Below are positions 37,681-50,475 of a stretch of DNA of 64,000 nucleotides, piece by piece. Under the pieces are notes generated by a model. The model saw only the letters and a list, made by a program, of their open reading frames with translations. It made no database searches and was not told where the DNA came from. A program made the position numbers and the translations under genes. The DNA is from Lama glama (lineage: Eukaryota): contig CM052832.1 of NCBI GenBank assembly GCA_028534125.1, positions 12,030,001 to 12,094,000 of the forward strand, read 5' to 3'. Each line of letters starts with the position of its first letter. Position 1 is the first letter of the stretch.

Positions 37681-38570
37681 TTCCTTTATTACTCTGTAAA
37701 AATCCCAAACCCAAAGTCATTTCTCTCTACTACCTGAGTTGCTTTTTTGGTTCTAATGAAATGAACAGTCCTTTCAAAAACAGGTTCAAACCTTTTTGCT
37801 TTGCAGAGAGGCAGAAGAAGAAGAAAAAAATTAGATAATCATTATTATTCTTTTGAAAATAACTACCTTATTCTATCTAGTAACTATTTGCTGTAGAGTC
37901 TGGGGCAGTGCTTTCATACCTTGCAATTGACAGAGTAGAAAACCAAGAAGATTATAATCATTTAACTCATGTTTTCAGTTGTTATATATAGAATTATAAT
38001 CCCTTTCCATATGAGAAATCAATGTATTTTCAAGAATGGAAGTATTATAGATTGGCCTAAGGGAGCTTTTTGATAATCTGTAAGGGTAAATATCTTTCCC
38101 TACTTCTTCAGAATAATATTTGGAGCCCTTAACTTTGGATCCTTTTCATCCATTGTAATGATAAAAAAAATAATATATATACAATGACCCTTTTATACTG
38201 TTATTTAAAAACAGAAATGTTCACATATAGGGAAAAATGAGTAAAAGGCATTTCTGTAATTTTGAACTTGCTGTATGTATTCACTGTATTGTGTAACAGA
38301 CAAAATAGGGTTCCATAATGTTTATAATCTCACTCTAGAGCTTAGATTTTCACACATGAAAATTAATACCATTCTAGTGCTAACATCCCAGCTATCATTA
38401 TAGGCTTATAGAAAACAGTTCACTTATAATTGCAACCGTGTCTGTCCATGTAGGTTGTGCTTTTACTTTGCTTTTTTCCCCCCACTCTCTAGAACATTTC
38501 TTAGGGACAAATTAGATTTAAAAAAAAAAACAAAACAAACTTTAAATTTGGTAAAGGAAATTTGAGCCTT

Positions 38571-38589
38571 TGACCACGGGAGGGCGCTG
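38571..38589 (+). promoter_or_regulatory. Candidate CTCF binding site
   Basis: TGACCACGGGAGGGCGCTG compared with the CTCF consensus TGGCCACCAGGGGGCGCTA. Retains two CpGs in AT-rich unique DNA. Confidence 0.5.
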
Positions 38590-40786
38590 TTCTACTGCAA
38601 ACCACTTACTCAAGTCAGAAGTCATCAAATCTCTTCATTTGTTCTTCTCACTAAAAGATAAAGGATTTATATTCTTGTAATGCCAAATCAGTTCATACTT
38701 AACATTCAGCCTTTAGCTGTAGAAACTTGTTTGAATGACAGTAATGGCTTCATTTCAAGTTATTTAAATGTTTAATGCTGTGTAATTTACTCAAATGTGT
38801 ATAATCCTTTATTTAACTAGATGAAAATAATATACTGCTAACATTGTTTTTAGCATTAATTAATGTGACTAATTGAAGTTAAGAACACTAAAACCAATTA
38901 CCTTTTTTGTTGCATGATCAGACTGTAAGTTTCCCTCTGGCCCAGGCTGATCTCAGTTCAGTGCTCATCTCCCCTCAGCCCTCCTCGCTGCCCCCAACAC
39001 AGTCTACCCTCTTGCTGCTAGTTCTGCAGTTTATTTGATTTCAGTATACCAACTGTTACAGTTGGTAGCAAACCTGATGAACTGTAGATTGTTTTCCCTC
39101 TGAAAACTTGTCTTTGCAATGCATTATTATAGGAGCTTCCTAGTATTTTGTTGTTCCAAAATGAATGTAGTAATGATTGAAATCACAAAATTCCTATAGC
39201 ACTTTAAAAGAGGGAGAAAAATGGAAGCATGTGTTGACATCACTAGTCCTGGCAGTCAGTGAGAACTCATTTTCAGCAGGAAATGGTGGAACCTCAGTAT
39301 TCCTGCCTGAAGACCCCATCAACACAGCTATTGTTGCCACTGACTCTCTGTAATAACGAAAAACAAACCCAAAAGCCCCTGCTGTTTTCAAAGCTTTAGT
39401 CTAGTCTTGGAAATCAGATGAGTATAAGTCAAAACCAGGTAACACCTTTCTGGCAGCTTGCTTGTACTGCTGTGATGTGTTGTATTAAAACTGTCCATTA
39501 CAGTTCTCTGCTTGTAGGCATAAATAATTCTTTCTCGTTAAGCATTGCTCCTCCAGGATACTGGAGAAAGGAACAGTTTTACCCGTTGTGATTGTTGATG
39601 TATGTTCTTTACTCAAAGTAATTGTTAGGTCACTGCATGCTTTGTTGTTATTCTAAACTCTGTGGAAGTTTTGCCTGCAACCTGGTCAATTTTTTAAGGG
39701 TTAGAAATGCAGAAGCATCTCATTATTTTTAGGTTAAATTCTAGATAAGAATTGTTGTCTTGGGGAAAAAAAAATGTTGGTTTAAAAAAAAACCTATAAA
39801 CAGAATTTGTCAGTTCCTTCTCACAGTATTTATATCATCATGTAATCCTTTATATGCAGTGACACTATTTTATTTTGTGTATAAAATCTTTACTTGAAAG
39901 TTTAAATTTAATTTCATGAGCAAAATGTAGTCTTATTTAATTTCATTAGCAAAATGCACATTGGGTCTGATTTATTTGTATACCAACAATTTTTATAAGA
40001 ATTTATATTTGTGTAACACTGTAATTTTCCTTGTCATAAATTTAAACATTATATATGTCTGTTTTATACACACATAGATATAAATCTATATCTATATATG
40101 TTTTCAACATTATGTGTGTATATGCTTGTATACATACATAATAGTTACCTCAGTTGGGAAAAACAAAATAATTAAAACAAAAAAAATGCCTATTCTTAAA
40201 AGTATGCTATATAGCAGTTCTAGGAGATGAACTTACGAAATTAATGAATGACAGTGACATAAGTTTTAAATTTATTATTTTAGTTGCATCATTCTCTTAA
40301 ATCCATAAATGACAAGAATGTTCAGTACTTTATAACCTTTCTCTCCATTTGATCCTTCCAAACATTGTATTAGGGAATAGATGTAAATATCAACGCCATT
40401 TTGTAGTGAAGAAAACAGAGCTACCCCGAAATTAAAATTACTTTTTCATGATTGCAGCAGTATGGTGTAAAGCTGGGGCTGAGCTGTTTCCTGCTCTTTT
40501 CCTCCTCTCCCTTCCTCCTTTGAAGGCTGCTGTGAACCCTGAACGAAGGGGGACTGTGAACAGACATCCCAGGAGAGGCCTGCGCTGGAAGACTGACCAT
40601 TGTTTCCCTGTGTGTTCTTGACTTGCTTAGGCTATTTCTGTGTCAGTTTTCTCATCTGTAAAATGGGATCTGGTTAGTCTTTTTCCAGCTTTGTTCAAGA
40701 CAGAGTTTGAACAATAATGGAGTTTTAATTTACTGAGAATTTTGAGCCTATATTTACAGTATAGTTTTTACCTTCTGTGTTTTTAG

Positions 40787-40858
40787 AAGGGGGAAGCGAC
40801 TCTTTTCTTCTTCTTTACATGAAAGACAATAAACAGGCTTGAAGAGGAAAGTAAACAG
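40787..40858 (+). other. Candidate non-coding or poison cassette exon (72 nt)
   Basis: Acceptor 'ttttaccttctgtgtttttag', donor CAG|gtgagt; stop codons in all three frames. Confidence 0.3.
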
Positions 40859-41282
40859 GTGAGTGAGGCATCCTTTATCATTGAAACACAGGGAAGTAGC
40901 TCTTTAATTTTCTTAAGAAGCCTCCTTCAGCCAGGTCGGGGATCAAGGTTTGTTTCTCTTCTTTTGTTGCCTCCTAGTTTTGCAAATTCTCTTCTCATTT
41001 GAGAGTGAGGTTCTTTTTTTTTTCTCTTTAAAATACTTATTGGTGTACAATAACAGATAGGCTGATTTCTTTAAGAGATGCAGTATTATCAGTGTTTGAC
41101 TGCTAAGATTAAATTAAACCATAAATTAGGACATATTTCCTAGACGTTTTATGTTTCAATCAGTGCTAAGATGAAAAAGATAAATAACTACTAAAGTAGC
41201 AATACAGTGAAGAAAACAAACCAATATTATCACTTAATATTATGCAAGAAAGAATATTTGTTACGTACCCATGAATAAATAC

Positions 41283-41304
41283 TAGTTAGTTAGTTAGTTA
41301 GTTA
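41283..41304. repeat. (TAGT)5 microsatellite
   Basis: Read directly from the sequence. Confidence 0.9.
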
Positions 41305-41429
41305 CCAAATAAAGGTAAGGGCTTTCACTTAGTGTGGCTTCTCGTGTGTTATGTGACTTGGACTCCGGACTTTGTTGGTGGCCCCCACAGCCCTGCCGTT
41401 ATGTAACCAACACTCTGTCTTTCCTGCCA

Positions 41430-42090
41430 GCATCGTAATACTTCAGGGCATGTATTATTTTTCCCAATACTGTATTTGCAGTTCCTTCACAGGGACAGGC
41501 GACAACACTTCCATCTCCACTACAACCCTCCTCACCTGCTCTTGAGACCATTTCTTCTCAGATGCTTGAGTTTCAGCCTCTAGTCCCTTCTCGATGATCC
41601 AATCCAAGCCTGCCCTCAGAGAGCTCTCTTAGTGAGACCCTCCTAACACCTTCTCTCTCTTTCACCTCACAATGTTGACCACCTTTTCTCATCCCAGTCC
41701 CTTTGGGTTTTTTTTTTCCTTCTGGCTTTTGTGCCCACATCCAACATTCAGAGTCCCCAGCTGACTCAGAGGAAACTGCAGCCAGGTTACCTGGTGACTC
41801 CTCTGGGAAAGAGCTATGCACTCATGTTGAGCCGTTTTCAGCTTTGGTTTCCTCTGCCTCTGACCCCATGGATCGTGCTGACTTCTTGAAAGAATTTCTG
41901 TAACTGACATGACACACACCGAGAGGGCGATAGTCCTCTCCTGTCAGGTGTTCCCTTTCGCCATCTCTCACCTTTTCACTCTCCTCATTGACAGGTCTCT
42001 CTAGGGTGTGGATTCTAACTAGCCCTCAGCATCTAATGCTGAGTCTCCTCCTTTCACATGTCAAATAAGCATGAGCCTTAGAACTGGCCA
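41430..42090 (+). mobile_element. Degraded L2 fragment
   Basis: Pyrimidine-rich; 'ggaaactgcagccaggttacctggtgactcc', 'ctctgcctctgaccccatggatc', 'tcacatgtcaaataagcat'. Confidence 0.5.
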
Positions 42091-42119
42091 TGTCTTCTGA
42101 GATCGCAGTGTCCACACCT

Positions 42120-42240
42120 CTCGTTTTGTAGGTGGGGTCTGTGGCACTCGGACAGACTGGGTCTTGTCTAAGCACACGCAGCAAGTGCGCAGCAAGCCCG
42201 GGACTGGCAGCCTGGTCTCATGGCTCAGTCCAGCCCATGG
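42120..42240 (-). mobile_element. MIR-like fragment, GC-shifted
   Basis: 'cttgtctaagcacacgcagcaagtgcgcagcaagcccgggactggcagcctggtctcatggctc' resembles antisense MIR 'ttgcccaaggtcacacagctagtaagtggcagagccgggattcgaacccaggtctgtctgactcc'. Confidence 0.5.
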
Positions 42241-42439
42241 CCTTCCCCCTGCGCATTCCTTCCACCTGGTCCCTGCTGGGCACAGCCTCTGCAGGCTGTG
42301 CTGGTTTGGGAGACTTACACTGGCCACTGCTGTGAGACAGGTAGATCCTTAGCCATCCCTTACATGGCCCCACATCGACTTTGGGCTACTGCTGCTCTTT
42401 ATCAAAATCACAAAGAACAAAACGCAGGGGATTTTACTA

Positions 42440-43150
42440 GACAGAAATGCTACGTTTCTGAAATTAAAAACAAAATTAAAAGACAAATGGCAAAGTGGAA
42501 AAAATACAAAATTTATATCAGAAAAAAAGGTTAGAATATTTGTTATTTCACTCTTAAAAGAATCAGATGAGTGCCCCAGAAGAAAACTGAAAACAGAACA
42601 TGTGACAGTGGAAACGGAGGATTCACAGAAGGCAAATAAATAAATGGCCATGCAAAAAAAAAAAAAAAAAAAAGATCAACCTCGTCAAGCAAAAAGAAAG
42701 AAACCATTTTGTGCTTATCAAAATGGGAGATTATTCTGAATTATGCTCATGGTCATGCTGACAAGGGTGAGGTAAAATATTTTCTCATACATGTTGGTTC
42801 TGGAAGGATTATTTAGTTATAACAGTTATGATACATACATACAGTGGAATTAGACAACTATCAGAACTCTTTTAGGAGAATTTTATATGATATAAAAATG
42901 CTCACAAGTTGACTTGTACAAAGTTAAGTGGGAGCAAAAAAGGTGCTAAAATAAATAATATTCTAATTTTTAAAATGATCTATGTATATATATGCATTTT
43001 TTTTAAAAAGCTGTAAGGTGATACACCAAATGTTTAAAAATATTTATCATTGAATAGAGGGGTTATGAATGGTTATTCTTTTCTTTAAAGTTTTTGCATT
43101 TCCGTAGTCAATGTGTTATTTTTGAAATTAAAAAAAGAAAAACATTTTTT
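42440..43150 (+). mobile_element. Old L1 (L1ME/MC-like) 3' region
   Basis: 'aacaaaattaaaagacaaatggcaaagtggaaaaaata', 'ttcacagaaggcaaataaataaatggcca', 'gatacaccaaatgtt'. Confidence 0.75.
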
Positions 43151-43664
43151 ATAAGAGGACTTTGAGACCTCATTTTCAGATCACCCGTTCTTTGCAGATA
43201 TGCTGGGTCTTGTCTGACCTTTTAAAAAGCTGTCTCCTGCTCCTCACTTTGCAGAGCATGTCTCTGTAGTGAAGGCCACATGATGCAGAGAGCCAGGACC
43301 TACCTATGCTGTGTGAAGAAGCCACTGCCCGTCCCCTGGGGGGCTTCTTCACTTACTGAGTGAAGGTGTTGATTCCTACTACCTATAAGCCCCCCTGCAG
43401 GTCTAAAATTGGATCATTCCGATCTTTCCCCAAGCTCTTTAGCACTCTCCTTTCCTGTTTATGCCCCCTTATATTATTTCATTGATCTAAGCTGAGAGAC
43501 CAAATGCACTTTGTAATCTGACTCTGGGAAGTTTTGTTGCCCACGGTCAAACAAACCCTCTAAAGATACTTTCTGAACCTGTGGGGGGTTGCTTTTTCTT
43601 AGCAGGTATTTTATTCTCTATTACAGCTATTTCATCCTTTTGCACCCATTTTTAAGTTCTAGAC

Positions 43665-43829
43665 CAGGGGTCAGCAAACTTTTTTGTAAAGGACCAGGGA
43701 GTGAGTACTTTAGGCTTTATGAACCACACAGTCTCCGTGCATGTTCTTCTTCTCCTTTTTTCCTTTAAACACCCTTTTTAAAGATGCAAAATTCATTCTT
43801 AGCTCGCAGGCCATAATCTGCGACCTCTG
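43665..43829. mobile_element. MER58 (C-like) hAT element
   Basis: TIRs 'caggggtcagcaaac' and 'tctgcgacctctg'; body 'cattcttagctcgcaggcc'; degenerate 8-bp TSD ttctagac/ttcataac. Confidence 0.85.
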
Positions 43830-44206
43830 TTCATAACTTTAGAGGAAAGAGAAATTATTTTGTCATACCTGTTGATACTTGCAAACTTGATTTTCTTTTC
43901 TCGTATGTCTAAGACGGTTCTTCAAACTATAAATAAAGTACTCCTTCAGGATGAAAGGAGAGAATTTATATAATGGGTAACCAAAAGCACATTATTTTAT
44001 CCAGTTCATAAAATGTGTGGGTAACCAAAAGCTCAGATATAGGATCTGTATTATGGGACTGTTTTACATTGTTCTTTATAGCATGTTCTTTATATCCCTG
44101 AAAATATTTTAGAATCCTAAGATTAAAAAACAAAACAAAACAAAACAAAACTAACCCTCATGCTTTTAGCAGGGCTATTGCCAGTGCTTTACATTCTCCC
44201 TTCTAA

Positions 44207-44468
44207 ACATAGTGGTCTGGAACACAGATTTTATAGTCAAACAGATCTGAGTTTGGTCCCAACTTGGTCATTTATCAATTGTGTGGCCTTTTCAAGTTAC
44301 TTAGCTGTGCTAAGCTTCAGTCTTCTCATCTCTGAAATGAGGGCAGTAGTACTATGTATCTCTTCATAGGGTTGTTACAAGTGTCAAAGGAGATCAGACT
44401 TGTAACACAGTCTTGGCACAGCTCTTGGCACAAAAGAGGCACTCAGTTGATATAGGATTATTATTATC
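44207..44468 (+). mobile_element. MIR SINE
   Basis: 'tgtgtggccttttcaagttacttagc...cttcagtcttctcatctctgaaatgaggg...tcatagggttgtt'. Confidence 0.85.
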
Positions 44469-44589
44469 CTTTTTAAAAAAAGCATAACCAGTGCTTTCTT
44501 CAGGAACTAATTATAATCTTAAATAGTAGTCAGTCTCAGTAAGTGTTGCCATAACTAACCCACATTTCATCTATTCCAGAACTTAAACT

Positions 44590-44830
44590 CAATCTGCTGA
44601 ATGTGTAGTCCATTTCCTTTTATTTAATCCTCATTAGACGTTAAAAAAAAACCTTGTAATGATCCCATGAAGAATGAAAATAAAATATTTCCTCATTAAT
44701 TCTATTTCTGTTAACCTTTTGCCGTAAGTCTGATATCCCTATGCACTAGTTATTTTTGTTTCAGCTTTATCCTTCCTGTGCCTTTCTTGGAGTTGAAGCA
44801 CATAGAACTCAACACAGTGTCCTAAACAAG
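44590..44830 (-). mobile_element. L3/CR1 fragment
   Basis: 'tagtccatttccttt', 'tttcttggagttgaagcacatagaactcaacacagtgtcc'. Confidence 0.45.
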
Positions 44831-44844
44831 GATTTCATCATCAT

Positions 44845-46030
44845 TTCATTCTTCGATTCAGTAAATATTTATAGGGTACCTACTGTGTACTGAGCACTGT
44901 GCGTGGAGCTGGATACACAATGTGAACAAGACCGAGTCCCTGCTCTTGTTGGGCTTAGGTTCTAGCAGGAGAGGTAGACAGATGAGATGTGAAGAAATAA
45001 ATATGACACTTGCCGTAGTGTTTGAAGAAATTGGAAAGGGGTGGTGAGCTGGCCGGTGACTGAGTTTAGGGAAGGGACACTAGGGCAGGAGGATCAGGAA
45101 AGGCCACTTGTGAGCAAGTCAGTGGAGCTGAGACTTGAATTATCAGAGGTTGGTCATGCAGAGAGCTAAGAGAAGAGTGTTCTAGGCTAGTGAACAGCAG
45201 TGGTGAAGGCTGTGAAGTGGGGTGTTTGAGGAACAGGAAAAAGGTAATATAAGTCTAAAATCTGGTGGTGGACAGTCTGCGTGGTGTTGGGAGAAGGTGT
45301 GGCTAGAAATGCGGGCAGAGAAGTAGGCAGGAGCCAGGAACTACAGGACTTTCATGTATGGACTTTATTCTAAGAATGATGGGAAGCCATTGGAGGGTTT
45401 AAATCAGGAAATGAAATAACTTGGTTTGTATTTTTGAAAGATCGCTCTAGCTGCTGTGTGAATGGGCTATGGGGAGACGGGGATTAAGCAGGCAAGAAAA
45501 AACAAATAGAGAAAACTGGGAAGGAGCTGCCAGTGAGACAGGAAGAAAACAGGGAGAGTGTCTTTCAATATGGGGAGTAGGGAGACGAGAGGGGGCAGCA
45601 CGTGCTACACAAGACAGGGAAGGACAGGAGGTGACTAATGGATCTGGCAAGATGGAGCTTATTGGTGACCTTGCTAAGAGCCAATTTAGTGGAGTAGTAG
45701 GAGGAGAGAATGGAGGGTGAGGTAAATGGGAGAGCAATAAACGTAGAAGGTGAGAGTAGTATTGCTTGGAAGGGAAGCAGAGAAATGGCAAAGAGGCTTA
45801 GAGGGCACTCAAGGTCAAGGGAGGATAATATTAAGGTAAGCGCCTATGCACATGGGGTTGACTTTGCAGGAAGGGAGGATTTGTGCAGAAGAGTGGATCT
45901 TTGCAAGGCCATGTCCCTCATATGAGAGAGGGACTGGCCCCGGGGGCTCAAGTGGAAGGTTGCCTTCAGGTAGGGACGAGGCTAACCCTGCAGCAGATAG
46001 AAAGGCAGAGTATGTAGACTGAATGAGATA
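44845..46030 (-). mobile_element. L2 3' end and body
   Basis: 'ttcagtaaatatttatagggtacctactgtgtactgagcactgtg', 'gatgggaagccattggagggtttaaatcagg', 'tggatctggcaagatggagcttattggtgaccttg'. Confidence 0.88.
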
Positions 46031-46099
46031 GAAATCCAAGTATTACCTTCATGTTCACAGTCCTTGCGTTTCACTGGATCTTTGTGGTATATTATGACC

Positions 46100-46295
46100 C
46101 TCTAGATCTTTTTGTGCTGTTGCACTGATTTATTTGTGCAGTATATATTTTTCTCTCTCTGCAAGCCTTGTATCTCACATACAGATCTGTTTACATGCCT
46201 GTCTTTCCCGCTAAACTGGCATCTCTTCAACAAGAGCAGTTATCTTCGTACCTCCAGACATAGCTCAGTTTGGCAAGAACTGAGTTGAAGGAATG
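46100..46295 (+). mobile_element. L2 3' end fragment
   Basis: 'tctgtttacatgcctgtctttcccgctaaactg', tail 'gttgaaggaatga'. Confidence 0.55.
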
Positions 46296-47585
46296 ACAGC
46301 TACCTCAGTACAAAGGTCTCATGTAACAGCTACACAAATATGTGGTAGAAAGGAAAGTAAGTTGAGAGCATGAATCAAATCAAATGTTTGCATTACTTAG
46401 AAAAATTAATATGGTTTCTCTTTTTAAAGTTGAATGGTTACTGATTACCAGAGCTTGAGGAGTAGCTAAAGGTAAGAAACAGGGTCACCTCACTACCACT
46501 TGGAAGAAGGTAGGATTTTTAACAGTCCCTTTGAGTAGGGATGAGTTAGTGTCTGGTATGCTGTGGTAGAAGGCATAGCTCTAGGTTCAGGAGAAACTTG
46601 AGACCCAAACTCACATGAGAAGAGCACATCCCAGTAAGGTCAGTTTGCTTGTGGGGATCTCAGTAGCAGCGGAAGTTGTGAGTTTAGAACAAAAGTAGAT
46701 GTGCAAGAGACGTGACCTAAACAGGTGTGTGCCAAAGTGAATGAGAACAACTTTATAGAAAATGTGTTAAGCATATGTAGCTCTTTCCCAAATGCTTTCT
46801 ACTTGGATTGGGGAAAAAGACACAACAAAACAAAATAGTTAACTTTCCCCTTCAACAATATACAGCACATCCTAAATGAAACATGACTTTCTGAGTTACA
46901 AGCTGCCCCTGGCAAAGAGGCTGGTTGTAAGAGCATAATCTCAATGTGTGCCCTGAAATTAATGTTCCGTGGGCACTCCAGATTTGTGCGACGTACTGTA
47001 AGTTATAGCCAACCCAACTGTTCTTCTCACTGCCTGCATTAAGTATCATGAAATGAGTTGCCCTGAAAGGCACCATCTGAATAAAGGAAGCTTTTATGCC
47101 TTTATAACTCCTTGCCGCATGACCCCAGGTCACCACTGTTGGTACTGGGAGCTTTCTCTCTCTCACTTTTCACTCTCTTGCCTGAAATGGATGGGCAGTC
47201 TCCACATCAGGCTGGCGCTCTCTCTCAGCTTCCAGGTGCTGGCAAATGATGCTGCCATCCCCCTTGTGGGGGAAGGAGGCAGGTGCTGGCCTCTCCATCC
47301 TGTCTCTTCGCTTCCCAGGCTGTCAGCCAGAGAAAGGTCACAATCAGAGCAGCCCACCCCACAGAGTTCATTCTCTCCAGATTCATTAAGATGCTACCTT
47401 CATCTTTCCCATGGACTTTTCAAAACGCTTTCCGTTGTGCAGCCTCATTTTATTTTACGTTGAGCTGACCAGACCTCACATCTCACCAGGTACCAGCTGG
47501 GAATATAATTCCATATCCCCTCACTGCACCATGCCACCTCGCCAAGTTCTGTCTTTGTTACTCAGCTTTCACTCAGAAAGGAATT

Positions 47586-47746
47586 TTTTAAATATATTTT
47601 TATTGAATATAGTCAGTTTGCAGTGTTGTGTCAATTTCTGGTGTACAGCACAGTTCTTGAGTCATACATGAACATACATATATTCATTTTTGTATTCTTT
47701 TAAACCGTAAGTTACTACAAGATATTGAATATAGTTCCCTGTGCCA
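47586..47746 (-). mobile_element. Younger camelid/artiodactyl L1 3' end
   Basis: 'ttattgaatatagtcagtttgcagtgttgtgtcaatttctggtgtacagc...tacaagatattgaatatagttccctgtgc'. Perfect 12-bp TSD cagaaaggaatt at 47574-47585 and 47747-47758. Confidence 0.92.
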
Positions 47747-49744
47747 CAGAAAGGAATTAATTTGAATTACATAAAGCCATGGTTGTCTCCTTAAAGAAAG
47801 CTAGATTCTTGCACACCTTGGGAAACTGTTTATCTCTAACTGTACTTGAATCTCCCGGATTATGTGCCGTAACTCTTCTCTCCCTTTCTGATCATCATGG
47901 GGTCCCCTCATGTTAGAATTAAATCTTTCTATTCTGCCTCTCCCTGCTCAATGGGATTTTACTCAAGGGGCCATTGGCTTCTGTCTTCCTTTTATCTGAG
48001 AGAAGCTGATACAAGTGGAAAGGCATTTTTGAGTTTAAGCATAAGGCAACTGCCATAAGAGAAGAAAATTTTTACACCGCAGGAGATGCCTGTGTGTTAG
48101 TTTACTTTCCCAGGAGGATTTTGAATAAGTTTGGATTTGGGAAGGAAAATTCTTGTTCCAGGATATTTTGATCGAGCAGTAATGTAGCATCTGTGGCCCA
48201 GACACACAGATGTGGTCCAGAAAGGGAGTCTTTTCTTCTACAGTAATGATTCAAGTCTTGACTGGGCTATTAAAATGTTGGGAAATTGTGAAGAAGTGTG
48301 GTTTTTTTTTTGCTTAAGATTTTAATAATTTTGCCATTGGACTGTCAGCTTAATCACTGCCTCACATTTGTCATATAAGCAATTGATGTTTTTAGTAACG
48401 TGAAGGACAGTATTCGTTTTATACTCTCTCCTTTCTATCTTTCCATTTTTTCCCATTGCACTGTAAGTTGTCAGATAAACTTAAATAGGAAGGTTGTTGC
48501 TAGGTTAACTAGAGTTTGGGTAATCCTGCGTGTATGGGAAGCTGGGATGGGATAGGGTGGGGGCTGATTGGGTTGTGTGTCTGAACAATGATCATGTTGG
48601 TGTGTTCCACATTGGGCCCCTGTCAGCTTCTACTTACCTCTCATTGCATATTTGGAAACTATCTTATAGCCAGAACAACGCCCAGGGAAATCTCTACTCA
48701 TAGTTTTGGTTGTGTTCTTATAGTTTCCATCTGGTAACAACATAGTTTGGAGAGAACTTTTCGAGCTTTTTGAGAACTCCTGAGACTCTTATTTTGTCTT
48801 TGCCTGCAGCCAAGATAATTGAAGCATTGTCAGTTTATTTCAGGGGCACATCTTCAGGTAGAATGTGATACTATTTGGGATTTCAGATAGACCAAAGGGA
48901 ACACAACTTGTAGCTCTTCTTGGAGCTATAATTTTGGTTTTATGTATGATGAAAACGAAATGGAATTTTAGCCCACAAGACATACCAAGGCAACTTAGTC
49001 ATTATATAGTAGCAACCTCTCTTGTAATTTCCAAAGTCTCCTCTGATTTTTAGTCTATTGATTGTTCATTCCCTTCTTCAAGGAAATCAGGATTCCTCAG
49101 CCTTTCTCTGCAGTTGCTGAAATAGATTCACACAGTTTGAAGGTGAGTGAAGAGGTCAGAACCCATCCAGAAGCTAAGGGGCCCACATTTCTTCCCTTCC
49201 TTAGTCTTCTGCTTTGTCTGCCTGTCCATATTTCTGCTCAGTGAAGGGAGACCAAAGGTGGTCCTTTAAGCAGAATATGGGAATGAACAGAGTCAGATTC
49301 AGTGATGCAGAGAGGGGAGAAAGTGGTTGTAAATGAATGATGAGATTTGGAGCCATCCTCACTGCCAGCCATGTAATTCTCTTAAAAAAAAAAAAGGGAG
49401 AGTGGATAGAGATAGTCAGATCATACTAATAGACTATTTATCAAGCACCCACATGCCTGGAGATGCCTAAAAGACCAGTAAATGGAGGTGTCAGATGATA
49501 TATGTGGGTATATTAATATGGTATTCAAATCAATAAAGTAAACACAAAATATTCTAAAGATGGTCAGGCTCATGAAAGCACGGTACTCACAAACATACAA
49601 GCTTCCTCTGCACACAGCCCCTCTCATACATACATACACACACACTCAGGCAGAGACTGGTCATAAACTTTTTGAACCTCTGACCCCTACCTACTAGAAG
49701 GCATTTGAAGGAACAGAAAGGAAACAGCATATTGACCACAGGAT

Positions 49745-49955
49745 ACTTCCTCTCAGGCACTTGCACATGCTTTCGTCTCATTTAATCCTGCACAGCATTC
49801 CTGTGCAGTAGGCGTATTCTCATTTTTACAGATGAAGAAGTTGAAGGTCAGAGAGGTCACACTGTAAAACAAAAAAAAAAATGATGGGGCCAGATTTCAA
49901 AAGTAGGTTTGCCTGACTCCGAAGACCTTGAGTGGATTCTGTTTCCAGTATATCA
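49745..49955 (-). mobile_element. MIR SINE
   Basis: 'tctcatttaatcctgcacagc...catttttacagatgaagaagttgaaggtcagagagg...tttgcctgactcc'. Confidence 0.87.
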
Positions 49956-50475
49956 GGCTGCTTTGACAGAAGATTACTGATGTCTTTACCTGATGTATTT
50001 GTAGCATCTTTGCCAGGTTTGAGTCAACTTAAATGACTCCAGGATAAGAAGACCTCCTGTCGAGGCTTTACAAAAAACAAGTATCCCCAGTTAGTATTGC
50101 TTTCATCCTCGCTTTCCTAACTATAACCAGCATTGAGTCTTTCTTATTACCTGATAGCATTAAGTTATGATAACATTAGGGTGACAGAAAATAAAATCAG
50201 CAAATATAGATACTGCTTAGTAGATCAGTAAAATGTGAGAATTGGCAATAGTTAAAGTAGGTCTTATCTAAGCAGCGTGGACATCAATACAAAGCACGGG
50301 CTTTAAAGACATTTCAGATAAAGATAACTTCGCTAAACAAGCTTTTTTGGGGGTATAAAGGGAAATACAGTTTGCTTCTGAGCATCTTATCATAAGCATG
50401 ATTCTGCCCCTGGCATGTCTATTCAATTTATTCAGACCTTATATCTAGCACATAGTAGGTACTAGGTAAAGGCTG

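Noticed and set aside
40065..40122. 12-bp inverted repeat tatacacacata/tatgtgtgtata
   Set aside because: Low-complexity (CA/TG/TA) sequence self-complements trivially.
48810..48857. 48-nt exon open in one frame (KIIEALSVYFRGTSS)
   Set aside because: The donor CAG|gtagaa is weak and the peptide is unrecognised; expected by chance in 64 kb.
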